NCBI GenBank assembly: GCA_026705445.1
Contig: JAPPAR010000011.1
Span: 145,776 to 209,775, forward strand
Origin: Candidatus Dadabacteria bacterium
Lineage (GTDB): Bacteria > Desulfobacterota_D > UBA1144 > Nemesobacterales > Nemesobacteraceae
Reading direction: 5' to 3'
Length of the DNA stretch: 64,000 bases
Position 1 is the first letter of the stretch. Every line of letters starts with the position of its first letter. The translations under genes were made by a program, and so were the position numbers. Positions 1-8,080 of this stretch are shown here, in pieces. A model generated the notes under the pieces. The model was not told where the DNA came from and did no database searches. It saw only the letters and a list, made by a program, of their open reading frames with translations.

Positions 1-54
1 CGGATTTTCTCTCCAAAGGGGTTAGCGCAATAATAGTTTAAAGCCCTGATTTTG

Positions 55-513
55 TCAACCAGCCTGCGTGTGCGCGGTAACGATACTTTTAAGCGGCTCT
101 ATCTCCCCTTGGGTCATCTCCGCCGTGATCGCGCAATGCGCATCGTCGCAGAGAAAAATAAGGGAGAATACCCCGAGTCTTGCTAGGGTGGAGAGAAAAA
201 AAACCTCTTCCGAAGACTCAGTGAGGAAAAAGTATTCGTACTTCAGTTTCAGGTTCTTGCCCGTCGTTATCCTTATTTCCATGGCGACTGAGGGAAATTC
301 TTCTTTTTCAACCTCAAAAAACCGAGTTGATATTCCCCGGATATCACCAAGCACGGCGACTTTTTCCGGGCTTTCCTTGAAAATCATCACGCACTCTTCT
401 CCCGTTGCGTGCGGTACGCAGCCGTAGAGAATCTGCGAGAGCGCTATCTGCAGTTCTGTATCCTGCTCAAGCGTGTCATATGTTGTTTGAGGCGTTGAAA
501 AGATGCTTGACAT
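55..513 (-). CDS. hypothetical protein (152 aa)
   Basis: Intact ORF in the track. I recognised no motif. It is divergent from the small membrane protein gene at 622. Confidence 0.4.
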   Translation of the reverse strand: MSSIFSTPQTTYDTLEQDTELQIALSQILYGCVPHATGEECVMIFKESPEKVAVLGDIRGISTRFFEVEKEEFPSVAMEIRITTGKNLKLKYEYFFLTESSEEVFFLSTLARLGVFSLIFLCDDAHCAITAEMTQGEIEPLKSIVTAHTQAG

Positions 514-621
514 ATTGTTTCATGAATCAGTATCATTAAATGTAGGATTAAGGTTTTTGCGGACTCAGGTTCGTGGGCTTGGCATAGTAGTATAAAGAGT
601 ATCAGGAGGATAGATAGTCTC

Positions 622-870
622 ATGACAATACAAGGCAATGAGTTAGTGCTGTTAGCTATCGTAATTCTTATCATAGGGATAGTCCTTATGTTAAACGAAG
701 GAGGAGGAGGTGGGCAGCAGGCTGCCGAACCACCCGCTCCGCCTGAACCCCAGGAGCCCCAGAGCGATGCGGATCCTTTTCAGTCCGCCCAGGGAGCGCC
801 TCAGGAGGCTAGCGCCGCAGCTCCCGCAGCCCCCTCAGGAGATGCGGATCCCTTCCAGGCCCCGCAATAA
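622..870 (+). CDS. small single-pass membrane protein with a Pro/Ala/Gln-rich tail carrying DADPFQ repeats
   Basis: AGGAGG lies 10 nt upstream of the ATG. An N-terminal hydrophobic helix (LVLLAIVILIIGIVLML) is followed by a GGGGG stretch and a PAPPEPQEP low-complexity tail. SDADPFQ and GDADPFQ occur twice. Confidence 0.5.
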   Translation: MTIQGNELVLLAIVILIIGIVLMLNEGGGGGQQAAEPPAPPEPQEPQSDADPFQSAQGAPQEASAAAPAAPSGDADPFQAPQ

Positions 871-966
871 CCGAAAAAAGCCTGCAGATGGAAATGATTT
901 TTCACGTTTAGAACCGGGCTTGCCCTCGGTCGTTGCGTGAGTATGTGTGGGTTGCACTCCCGGCAG
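845..966. repeat. copy A of an ~125-bp direct repeat (3' end of the small ORF plus a conserved downstream block GAAATGATTTTTCACGTT...TCGGTCGTTGCG)
   Basis: I aligned it by eye to 1044..1171. Shared blocks are GAyCCyTTyCAGGCyCCG, GAAATGATTTTTCACGTT, TCGGTCGTTGCG and a terminal CCGsCAG. Confidence 0.55.
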
Positions 967-1043
967 TTCAGTGTTTTTGACCATGGGACTGTTTGTTATG
1001 TCGAATGGAAGTTTCTTCAGATTCCGATGCTGCCCCGCCTGAA

Positions 1044-1171
1044 GCGGACCTTTTTCAGGCTCCGAACTCTTAGCCGAGAAAGGTCTGAAGGTAGAAATGA
1101 TTTTTCACGTTCAGCACTGAATTATCCTTCGGTCGTTGCGGGAATATATCGGAGTGTATTATCCCCGCCAG
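1044..1171. repeat. copy B of the ~125-bp direct repeat; it overlaps the 3' end of the BtuF-like ORF on the opposite strand
   Basis: Same conserved blocks as copy A. Upstream it is preceded by a 22-codon remnant ORF ending ...PEADLFQAPNS* that parallels ...SGDADPFQAPQ* of the ORF at 622-870. Confidence 0.55.
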
Positions 1172-2020
1172 CAGTTCAATTCCGTCAACAACCCTTGGGG
1201 ATGATCTGCTGAAGTAAGAGTTGGCGTCCACTATGTAGCAATGACCTTTTTTTACTGCGCGCAGAGCGTGCCACTGCCTTACCCCGCCGGTCACTTCCTC
1301 TATTCTGTCAAGCGTTTCCTCTATGTCGAATCCGCAGGGCATCAGGATCAGATAGTCAGGCGATGATTCGAGTATTTCATCCCAGGTTGTCTTGAACGAA
1401 GGTTCTCCCACCTTTGAGATCAGCGGTTCTCCTCCCGCTATCTTTACCATCTCCGGCACCCAGTGTCCTGCCGCGTAAGGAGGCTCAAGCCACTCAAGGC
1501 AGAAGACCCCGGGGCGGCATCTTTCATTTAGGAGTTTCTTCTCGACAGCCTCGATTCTTCTGTTAAGACTGTCTGCCAGGGTCGTGGCCCTCTCCGCGGT
1601 TCCGGTGATTTCTCCGAGAAGCAGAATAGAGTCTATTATTTCCCCTACGGTTGCAGGATCAAGAGAAATTATTTCGGGGCTGTTCTCAAGAACTTCGCAT
1701 ACCTCCGTCACCTCGTTTTCCGCCACGGCGCATACATCGCAAAGCCCCTGGGTTATGATAAGGTCCGGCTTTATCTCCCTGAGGCGCTCTGAGTCTATCA
1801 GGTATACGCTTTTTCCCTCGGCGCGGCTTCTGCTTATAACTTCGTCTATTTGAGCACTTGAGGGTTTTTCCTTCCCTTCGAGAACGCTGTTTACGACCAC
1901 GGGTTTTCCGCGAACACCGGGCGGATAGTCGCATTCGTGGGTTACAGCAACCAGATCATCCTCAAGCCCGAGGGCAAACACTATCTCAGTTGAACTCGGA
2001 AGAAGCGAACATATTCTCAT
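1070..2020 (-). CDS. periplasmic-binding-protein fold, cobalamin/Fe3+-siderophore (BtuF-like) substrate-binding protein; no obvious signal peptide
   Basis: The N-terminus has the family-typical IVFALGLEDDLVAVTHECDYPPGV... pattern. It also has ...DLIITQGLCDVCA... and a C-terminal ...RVVDGIELLAGIIH. The last ~20 aa are encoded by repeat copy B. Confidence 0.65.
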   Translation of the reverse strand: MRICSLLPSSTEIVFALGLEDDLVAVTHECDYPPGVRGKPVVVNSVLEGKEKPSSAQIDEVISRSRAEGKSVYLIDSERLREIKPDLIITQGLCDVCAVAENEVTEVCEVLENSPEIISLDPATVGEIIDSILLLGEITGTAERATTLADSLNRRIEAVEKKLLNERCRPGVFCLEWLEPPYAAGHWVPEMVKIAGGEPLISKVGEPSFKTTWDEILESSPDYLILMPCGFDIEETLDRIEEVTGGVRQWHALRAVKKGHCYIVDANSYFSRSSPRVVDGIELLAGIIHSDIFPQRPKDNSVLNVKNHFYLQTFLG

Positions 2021-2303
2021 GGAGCTTATTATACAGTCTGCCGGAGCGTACTCCAGAACCGCTGTGAGGCAGTTGCTTAACTGAGTATGTCCATACAGGG
2101 CAAGGGATAGCTATCTATATGCCCGCTGAATGGGATTCTGCGGGGTTTAACGCTGGGTTTATCTGTCCGAATGGAGAGATTCCGGCTTGCAACGTGCCAG
2201 TGTACACGTACCGGGAAATTTGCAAACCGTTTTTTTCTGATGTAGAATAGCAAGCTAGAATCCGCAGTTTACCGAGATTTTTCCTTAAGATTCACGCGAG
2301 AGA

Positions 2304-2313
2304 GGGGGGGGGG
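2304..2313. repeat. homopolymeric G10 tract upstream of the giant surface-protein gene
   Basis: Direct read: agaGGGGGGGGGGtgaaatc. Confidence 0.9.
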
Positions 2314-2394
2314 TGAAATCATGAACAGCAAGGAATCTCAAAGAGGTTTTCAGCCAGTTAATGAGCCATCCTTGATTTCCCCAGGCAGAAAATT

Positions 2395-2403
2395 GGGGGG
2401 GGG
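2395..2403. repeat. homopolymeric G9 tract ~105 nt upstream of the giant-gene start, inside a 41-codon uORF
   Basis: Direct read: aaattGGGGGGGGGtaggcgc. The uORF is ATG at 2320 to TGA at ~2445. Confidence 0.9.
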
Positions 2404-2507
2404 TAGGCGCATGGGAAGACCGTTTACCGCCGTCCCGCTCTTCTGACCCATCCTGTCCGCATATCCTCAGGTGTTTTGCTTCCTGGTTACAGCATTTATT
2501 TCTTTGT

Positions 2508-5500
2508 TTGTTCTCGAGAGTGGGTGTCCGTCCTTACGCCTGCCGTCTGCGGCGCGGATTGTTTTCGGTCCTGCTCTCAATACCCGTTCTCGCCGGTTTC
2601 ACGGGTGAGGCCCAGGCCCAGGTTTCGCCGGCAACCGTCACCCCCAACTTCGTCTGCCAGGGCGAGACAAAGGATCTGGCTATCAGTGGGACGGCCCCAT
2701 TTTCAATTGTTAATTACAGTGTAGGTAGTAACTCAGCTGGTACCAGGGGAACCGATTGGAAGGCCCTGAATTCCGACGGAACTGAAAGAACCCAGAATAA
2801 TATTATCAGGCTAACCGGGCTAAGCGGGACGTATAGCACAACCCTCCGAGTGCAGAATATTTCGGCAGACGGAACGATAACGCTGACAGCATTCAATGCC
2901 AGCACCATTACGATCTATTTCCGCTCTTCCACCCATGCCGATTGTGCCGCCACCGACGGCGTGACGGTTTCGGAGACTACGCTGGCCCTGACGGAACTTG
3001 GGACTTCAAGCACGATTAAGAAGACCTATACTATGAAGTTGGACACAGATCCGGGCGCCGACGTGACGATCACGGTGAGCAACGGTGACGCCACCGCGGT
3101 TGAAGTGGACACGGATTCCGGCATGGCGGGCAACCAGAACACGCTGACATTCACCCACGGCAATGCGGGCAACTGGGGCACCACGCAGACGGTCACTGTA
3201 AGGGCGCTTAACGACGGCGATGCGGCGAACGAGACGGTCACCCTCACCCACGCGGCAACGGTCACGAACACCAGCAACCCCTACCACGGGATCGCGATCA
3301 GCGACGTCACGGTTACCACCGCCGACGCCGGCCACGGCGTGATCGTGTCCGAGGTGAGTCTGTCGGTGGCGGAGAACGACGATACCGGAACCTACATGTT
3401 GAGGTTAAAGAGCCAACCCGGCGGCACGGTGACGATCACGGCGACATCAAGCATGACGTCGAAGGCCACGGTGAACGGCCCGTTCAGCTTCAATAACAGT
3501 AACTGGGACACCGACAAGACGGTGACGGTCACCGGCAAGGACGACGGTTCGTCCACGATCAGCCACCGGGTGACCGGTCCCACGGCGAACTACCCGACGA
3601 GCACGACCATCCCCTCGGTGTCGGTCACGGTGACCGCGGTTAACAACGTCCCGACGGTGGCCAATGCGATCCCGGACCAGACGGCGACGGTGGGCACGAT
3701 GTTCAGCTACCAGTTCCCGACCAGTACCTTCAACGACGCGGATAACGATTCCCTTACCTACAGTGCGCTTAAATCAGACGGCAGTGCGCTTCCGACCTGG
3801 CTGACTTTCGCCCCGAACAACCGGACCTTCTCGGGCACGCCGCAGTCTACCGAAACGGTCTCTGTGAAGGTTACTGCCGATGACAGCAATGGCGGCAGTG
3901 TCAGCGACACCTTTGACATCGTGGTGTCGGCGGCGCCTACGCTCCCTGTCATCACCATTGCGCCGAAGTCAAACGCGGCGATAACGGAGGGCGGCAACGC
4001 GGTGTTTACAGTGACGGCGGACACGGCGCCGTCCTCAAACCTCGCGGTGAAGCTGACGGTGGAGGACGCGCCGAACTCGGATTTCGTGTCCTCGGCCAAC
4101 GAGGGCACCGGCAAGACCGTCACCATCACCTCTGGGAGCACAACGGCGGACTTCACTGTGGCGACGGTGGGCGACTCGGCGGACGAGCCGAACGGTCCGG
4201 TGAAGGTGACGGTGACCAACGGCACCGACTACACCGTGGGCAGCCCGTCCTCAGCCTCTATCACGGTAAACGATAACGACGCGACCTCGGTTACCCTGAC
4301 GGGCAACACGGACGCGGTGAACGAGGGGGCGACCAAGACCTTCACGGTCGCCATCGGTCGCGGCCTCTACAACGGCGAGAAGCTGGCGATCCCGCTGAGC
4401 TTCGCGGGCCAGGCGACGCGGGGCACAAGCGGCGACTACACGCTTGCCTGCGCGAGCACAACAGGCGTCACCTGCGCCAGCATGAACAGTGGCACGGCAA
4501 CGGTGACCTTCACCGGGCCGAACACAGGCCAGTCCGCGACCAGCGTCACCATAACGCTTACGGCGCGCTCGGACGGTACGACGGAGAGCGGCGGCGAGAC
4601 GGTTGATATCGGTCTCGGCTCGGTGACCGCAACCGGCACCACGGCGACGACTACGGACAGCTTCGGGCAGTTCACCATCAACGACCCGCCTGCTGCCCCG
4701 GTGGTGCAGTTCGCCGCCGCATCCTCGAACCCGGCGGAGAGTGCGGGGACGTCCAATGTGATGGTGAACCTCAACCCGGCTGCCCCAGTGGGCGGGCTGA
4801 CGCTGACCTACAATGTCACCGGCACTGCGACAGCGGGCAGCGGAAATGACTTCACCATCCAGAGCTCGGGCACGCTGTCGGTCTCTGTTGGAGATACCAC
4901 GGCAATGATTCCGGTAGTAATTAATGACGACAGTGTGGACGATGATGACGAGACGGTGGTGCTGACGCTCACCCCCGGCACGGGGTATACGCTGGGCTCT
5001 ACGACTGTACACACGCTGACCATAGCTGACAATGACGACCCGCCTGCTACCCCGACCCTCTCGGTCAGTATCTCCCCCACCTCCGCGAACGAAGGTAACT
5101 CGGGCAGCGCTTACGCCACGGTGACCATCACCCTGAGCGAGTCGCGCAGCCAGACCACGGAGTTCAAGGCATGTCTTGGGGCGAGCAGCACGGCTACCCG
5201 CGGCGCTACGGCGGACTACCAGTTAGTGAACTTCGGTAACGACGACCCACTTTCGCTGACAAACGGGTGTCACGACTACACCATCAGTGCCACTAAGACG
5301 CAAAGCCAGGTGAGGCTGCTGATCCGGGGCGACACCGACGTTGAGTCGAACGAGACCATAGTGGTCGAACTCCGGGATCCGCCGCAAGGGGTGCTCATCT
5401 CCTCTACGGACGGCTCGGCGACCTACACGATTCTCAACGACGATACCGGCACGACGCCACCCACGACACCGGTTGTGCAGTTTGCCTCAAACTCATCGAG

Positions 5501-7778
5501 TTTCAATGAGAGTGCCGGCACGTCCAATATAAGGGTGAATCTAAATCCGGCGGCGCCTTCAGGCGGACTCACGCTTAGTTACACTGTTACCGGCAGCGCG
5601 ACAGCGGGCAGCGATTATACCATCCAGAGCTCGGGCTCGGTATCGGTCCCCGCCAACGCGGCCAGCGTGAACATCCCGGTGGTCATCATCGACGACAACA
5701 TGGACGAGAATAACGAGACGGTAATCCTGACGCTCACAGACAACGCCGACTACGACCTTGGCAGCACAACCATCCACACGCTGACCATCATTGACAATGA
5801 CGATACACCAACAACTCCCTCTTCGGGTGGAGGAGGTGGCGGTTCTTCTCCCTCCTCAGCGCCAGTACCGGTAATAAACATAAGCGGAGGGGAAGGTGTA
5901 GATGAAGGAGAGACCCTTGTATTCACCATAAGAACTGAAACATCCGTAACCCAAGATACACAGGTAAAAATAACAGTAGAGCAGACAGGAGAGTACACGG
6001 AAACAGGAGAGAGAACGGTAACGATAAAGGCAGGGGATAAAGAAGCAGTCTATGAAGCAGCAACAACAGACGACAGCATAGATGAACAGGACGGAGAAGT
6101 AACGGTAACAGTACTCTCAGGCACAGGGTATGAAGTGGGTGAGGCAAGCAGCGTATCTTTAGAAGTAAGAGATAACGACCAAGCGGGTGTAAAGGTATCT
6201 GAAGTATCGGTAAAGGCCCACGTGGGAGGCAGCGTGAGTTACGGTGTTGCGCTTACCTCAGAGCCAATCTCTGAAGTAAGAATCAAACCAGTTCCAAACA
6301 ACAGTAATGTAGTGAAAGCAAGTGAAGTACTGGTTTTCACAGAGAAGAACTGGAATGAAGAACAAAGAGTAACTCTGACAGGGTATGAGCATGGCAGTAC
6401 AAAAATAGAGCATGAAGTAACCTCAGAAGACAGTATGTACGCAGCTCTTGAGCCTATGCCCGAAGTAGAGGTTGATGTGGAAGACACAGAGATGATAAGG
6501 GGAGCGGGACAGTGGCTTGGCAGGTTCGGCAGAACAGTTGCGGAGAGAGTGGTTGAAGCGGTGAGCACAAGGATGGAAGGCGGAAGAGAAGGAGGAGTAG
6601 AGATAGCGGGAGGGTATCCCGTTAAGAAAAGATCTGAAGGTATATGGGAAGAACAGGAGCAAAGAAGCACAGAAGTAGAAGATGTACTGCTTGGAAGTTT
6701 GTTTGAAGTTGGAAGAAGAGACTCTGCAGTGTTCTGGGCAAATGCACAAAGAAGCAGTTTTTCAGGAAACAACGCAAGTTTCACAGGAGATGGAGAGATA
6801 ACAATGGGAATGGGAGGAGTTGACTGGGAGGGGGAGAGTTTCCTTTTGGGGATAATGATAATAAGAGCCAATGGAGATGGGGAGTACGGAAGCAATGAAG
6901 TGGAGAGCTATCTTACCGCAGCGGTTCCTTACGCCGGGGGCAGGATAACGGATAATCTCTCAGTGTGGGGAGCAGCGGGAGCGGGAGTGGGGGAGATGAG
7001 AGTGAAGACGGAAGGAAGTAGCAGATGGAGTACGGACATAGGGTGGAAGATGGCATCCGGGGGGATAAGGGGAGATATAGTAAAAAGAGAAAGACTCGGG
7101 CTTGCGCTTGTGTCTGATGTGCTCTGGGCAAGGAGTGAATCAGAAGATCTTATAGACGATGTAAGCGTAAGCAGGATAAGGGCGGGAGTGGAAGGTACGT
7201 GGAAAGCAAGACTGGGAGAGAATGCGTTATTCATACCAAGAGTGGAAGCAGGGATGAGAAGGGACGGGGGAGACGCAGAGAGAGGATTCGGAGCAGAGCT
7301 TGGCGGAGGAGTTAAGTTAACTCACACGGATATAGGATTAACGCTTGATATAGGTGGCAGGGGAGTTGTATCACATGAGGACGGAGGGTTCGAGAGCAGA
7401 GGAATATCAGCTTCACTTGAGTGGGAGAAGGAGATGGGAGGCAATGGACCATCTTTGGCACTGAGACAGCAGTGGGGAGAGCCTGAATCAGGAGGGATAG
7501 AGTCACTTTTTTATGACGGAGGATTTGAGGAAACCGAGATATCATCGTATGCAAGCAGATTAAGCGCGGAAGCGGAGTATGGATTTACGGGTGAAGGCAT
7601 GAGGCAGTCTCCGTATGTGGATTACGGGCAGTGGGAAGAGGGAAGGGACTATGCATTGGGGTGGAGGGTATCTACGTTAAGCGAGGATGTGTCGGTTGAC
7701 GTAAACGCGACCAGAAGGGAAAGCGAACAGACAGATACTGAGCATGGAGTCGGAGTAAGGCTTGATGTGCGGTGGTAG
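2508..7778 (+). CDS. giant modular surface protein (1756 aa) with signal peptide, cadherin-like (He_PIG/dystroglycan-type) domain, repeated Calx-beta modules and an autotransporter-like C-terminal beta-barrel
   Basis: The start is TTG/GTG. The signal peptide is RLRRGLFSVLLSIPVLAGFTGEAQA|Q. The IPDQTATVGTMFSYQFP...DADNDSLTYSA...LPTWLTF...RTFSGTP motif is a cadherin-like repeat. Two ~75 %-similar Calx-beta-type modules occur (VQFAAASSNPAESAGTSNV... at ~4690 and VQFASNSSSFNESAGTSNI... at ~5470), each ending ...HTLTI(A/I)DNDD, with a third Calx-like module at ~5870-6180. The C-terminal ~430 aa are Gly/Arg/Glu-rich with alternating patterns and end ...HGVGVRLDVRW, an aromatic terminal residue typical of a type V beta domain. 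Confidence 0.8.
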   Translation: MFSRVGVRPYACRLRRGLFSVLLSIPVLAGFTGEAQAQVSPATVTPNFVCQGETKDLAISGTAPFSIVNYSVGSNSAGTRGTDWKALNSDGTERTQNNIIRLTGLSGTYSTTLRVQNISADGTITLTAFNASTITIYFRSSTHADCAATDGVTVSETTLALTELGTSSTIKKTYTMKLDTDPGADVTITVSNGDATAVEVDTDSGMAGNQNTLTFTHGNAGNWGTTQTVTVRALNDGDAANETVTLTHAATVTNTSNPYHGIAISDVTVTTADAGHGVIVSEVSLSVAENDDTGTYMLRLKSQPGGTVTITATSSMTSKATVNGPFSFNNSNWDTDKTVTVTGKDDGSSTISHRVTGPTANYPTSTTIPSVSVTVTAVNNVPTVANAIPDQTATVGTMFSYQFPTSTFNDADNDSLTYSALKSDGSALPTWLTFAPNNRTFSGTPQSTETVSVKVTADDSNGGSVSDTFDIVVSAAPTLPVITIAPKSNAAITEGGNAVFTVTADTAPSSNLAVKLTVEDAPNSDFVSSANEGTGKTVTITSGSTTADFTVATVGDSADEPNGPVKVTVTNGTDYTVGSPSSASITVNDNDATSVTLTGNTDAVNEGATKTFTVAIGRGLYNGEKLAIPLSFAGQATRGTSGDYTLACASTTGVTCASMNSGTATVTFTGPNTGQSATSVTITLTARSDGTTESGGETVDIGLGSVTATGTTATTTDSFGQFTINDPPAAPVVQFAAASSNPAESAGTSNVMVNLNPAAPVGGLTLTYNVTGTATAGSGNDFTIQSSGTLSVSVGDTTAMIPVVINDDSVDDDDETVVLTLTPGTGYTLGSTTVHTLTIADNDDPPATPTLSVSISPTSANEGNSGSAYATVTITLSESRSQTTEFKACLGASSTATRGATADYQLVNFGNDDPLSLTNGCHDYTISATKTQSQVRLLIRGDTDVESNETIVVELRDPPQGVLISSTDGSATYTILNDDTGTTPPTTPVVQFASNSSSFNESAGTSNIRVNLNPAAPSGGLTLSYTVTGSATAGSDYTIQSSGSVSVPANAASVNIPVVIIDDNMDENNETVILTLTDNADYDLGSTTIHTLTIIDNDDTPTTPSSGGGGGGSSPSSAPVPVINISGGEGVDEGETLVFTIRTETSVTQDTQVKITVEQTGEYTETGERTVTIKAGDKEAVYEAATTDDSIDEQDGEVTVTVLSGTGYEVGEASSVSLEVRDNDQAGVKVSEVSVKAHVGGSVSYGVALTSEPISEVRIKPVPNNSNVVKASEVLVFTEKNWNEEQRVTLTGYEHGSTKIEHEVTSEDSMYAALEPMPEVEVDVEDTEMIRGAGQWLGRFGRTVAERVVEAVSTRMEGGREGGVEIAGGYPVKKRSEGIWEEQEQRSTEVEDVLLGSLFEVGRRDSAVFWANAQRSSFSGNNASFTGDGEITMGMGGVDWEGESFLLGIMIIRANGDGEYGSNEVESYLTAAVPYAGGRITDNLSVWGAAGAGVGEMRVKTEGSSRWSTDIGWKMASGGIRGDIVKRERLGLALVSDVLWARSESEDLIDDVSVSRIRAGVEGTWKARLGENALFIPRVEAGMRRDGGDAERGFGAELGGGVKLTHTDIGLTLDIGGRGVVSHEDGGFESRGISASLEWEKEMGGNGPSLALRQQWGEPESGGIESLFYDGGFEETEISSYASRLSAEAEYGFTGEGMRQSPYVDYGQWEEGRDYALGWRVSTLSEDVSVDVNATRRESEQTDTEHGVGVRLDVRW

Positions 7779-7873
7779 CTTAAAAACAGGCTTTCATTCT
7801 GCGGAGCAAAAGCCCCGGCAATGCAGATCTTAACTCTGTGTGGTTTCTCCGCGGGACTATATGGGAATTATTC

Positions 7874-7951
7874 TGGCGTCCCCGAGGGGATTTGAACCCC
7901 TGTTACCGGCGTGAAAGGCCGATGTTTTAGGCCTGACTAGACGACGGGGAC
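7874..7951 (-). tRNA. tRNA-Glu (anticodon UUC)
   Basis: The minus-strand read GTCCCCGTCGTCTAGTCAGGCCTAAAACATCGGCCTTTCACGCCGGTAACAGGGGTTCAAATCCCCTCGGGGACGCCA folds as a cloverleaf. The anticodon stem is TCGGC/GCCGG, the loop is CTTTCAC and a CCA end is encoded. The gene sits just upstream of gltX. Confidence 0.8.
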
Positions 7952-7960
7952 GGCAAGAAT

Positions 7961-8028
7961 TGAGCCGTACAGGATTCGAACCTGTGACCCTTAAAAGGCA
8001 GTTGCTCTACCAGCTGATCTAACGGCTG
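7961..8028 (-). pseudogene. degenerate tRNA-Lys(UUU)-like element lacking the 3' strand of the anticodon stem
   Basis: The minus-strand read is CAGCCGTTAGATCAGCTGGTAGAGCAACTGCCTTTTAAGGGTCACAGGTTCGAATCCTGTACGGCTCA. The D arm, T arm (ACAGG-TTCGAAT-CCTGT), CTTTTAA anticodon loop and GGGTC variable loop match tRNA-Lys. The 5 nt that should pair with ACTGC are absent, position 1 mispairs (C:C), and there is no CCA. Total length is 68 nt. Confidence 0.4.
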
Positions 8029-8080
8029 AGGGAATGGCAGCATTTCTTTTTTTGACGCTTCGGCGTGTAGAATAGTCTCC

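Noticed and set aside
937-1212. 91-aa plus-strand ORF spanning repeat copy B and the BtuF-like 3' end
   Set aside because: It overlaps the better-supported minus-strand gene and the repeat element. It has no Shine-Dalgarno and no motif.
2021-2290. Second cobalamin riboswitch upstream of the BtuF-like gene
   Set aside because: No B12 box (reverse complement GGCAGGYCTTCC) and no GGGAA/GGUG core are present in the leader.
3006-5080. Several long antisense ORFs (for example 4251..5012, 253 aa Arg-rich; 3758..4225; 4436..4774) inside the giant adhesin gene
   Set aside because: They lie wholly within a GC-rich, repeat-rich coding region whose sense frame has clear domain content. Their products are Arg/Gly/Val low-complexity, typical of spurious ORFs in high-GC DNA.
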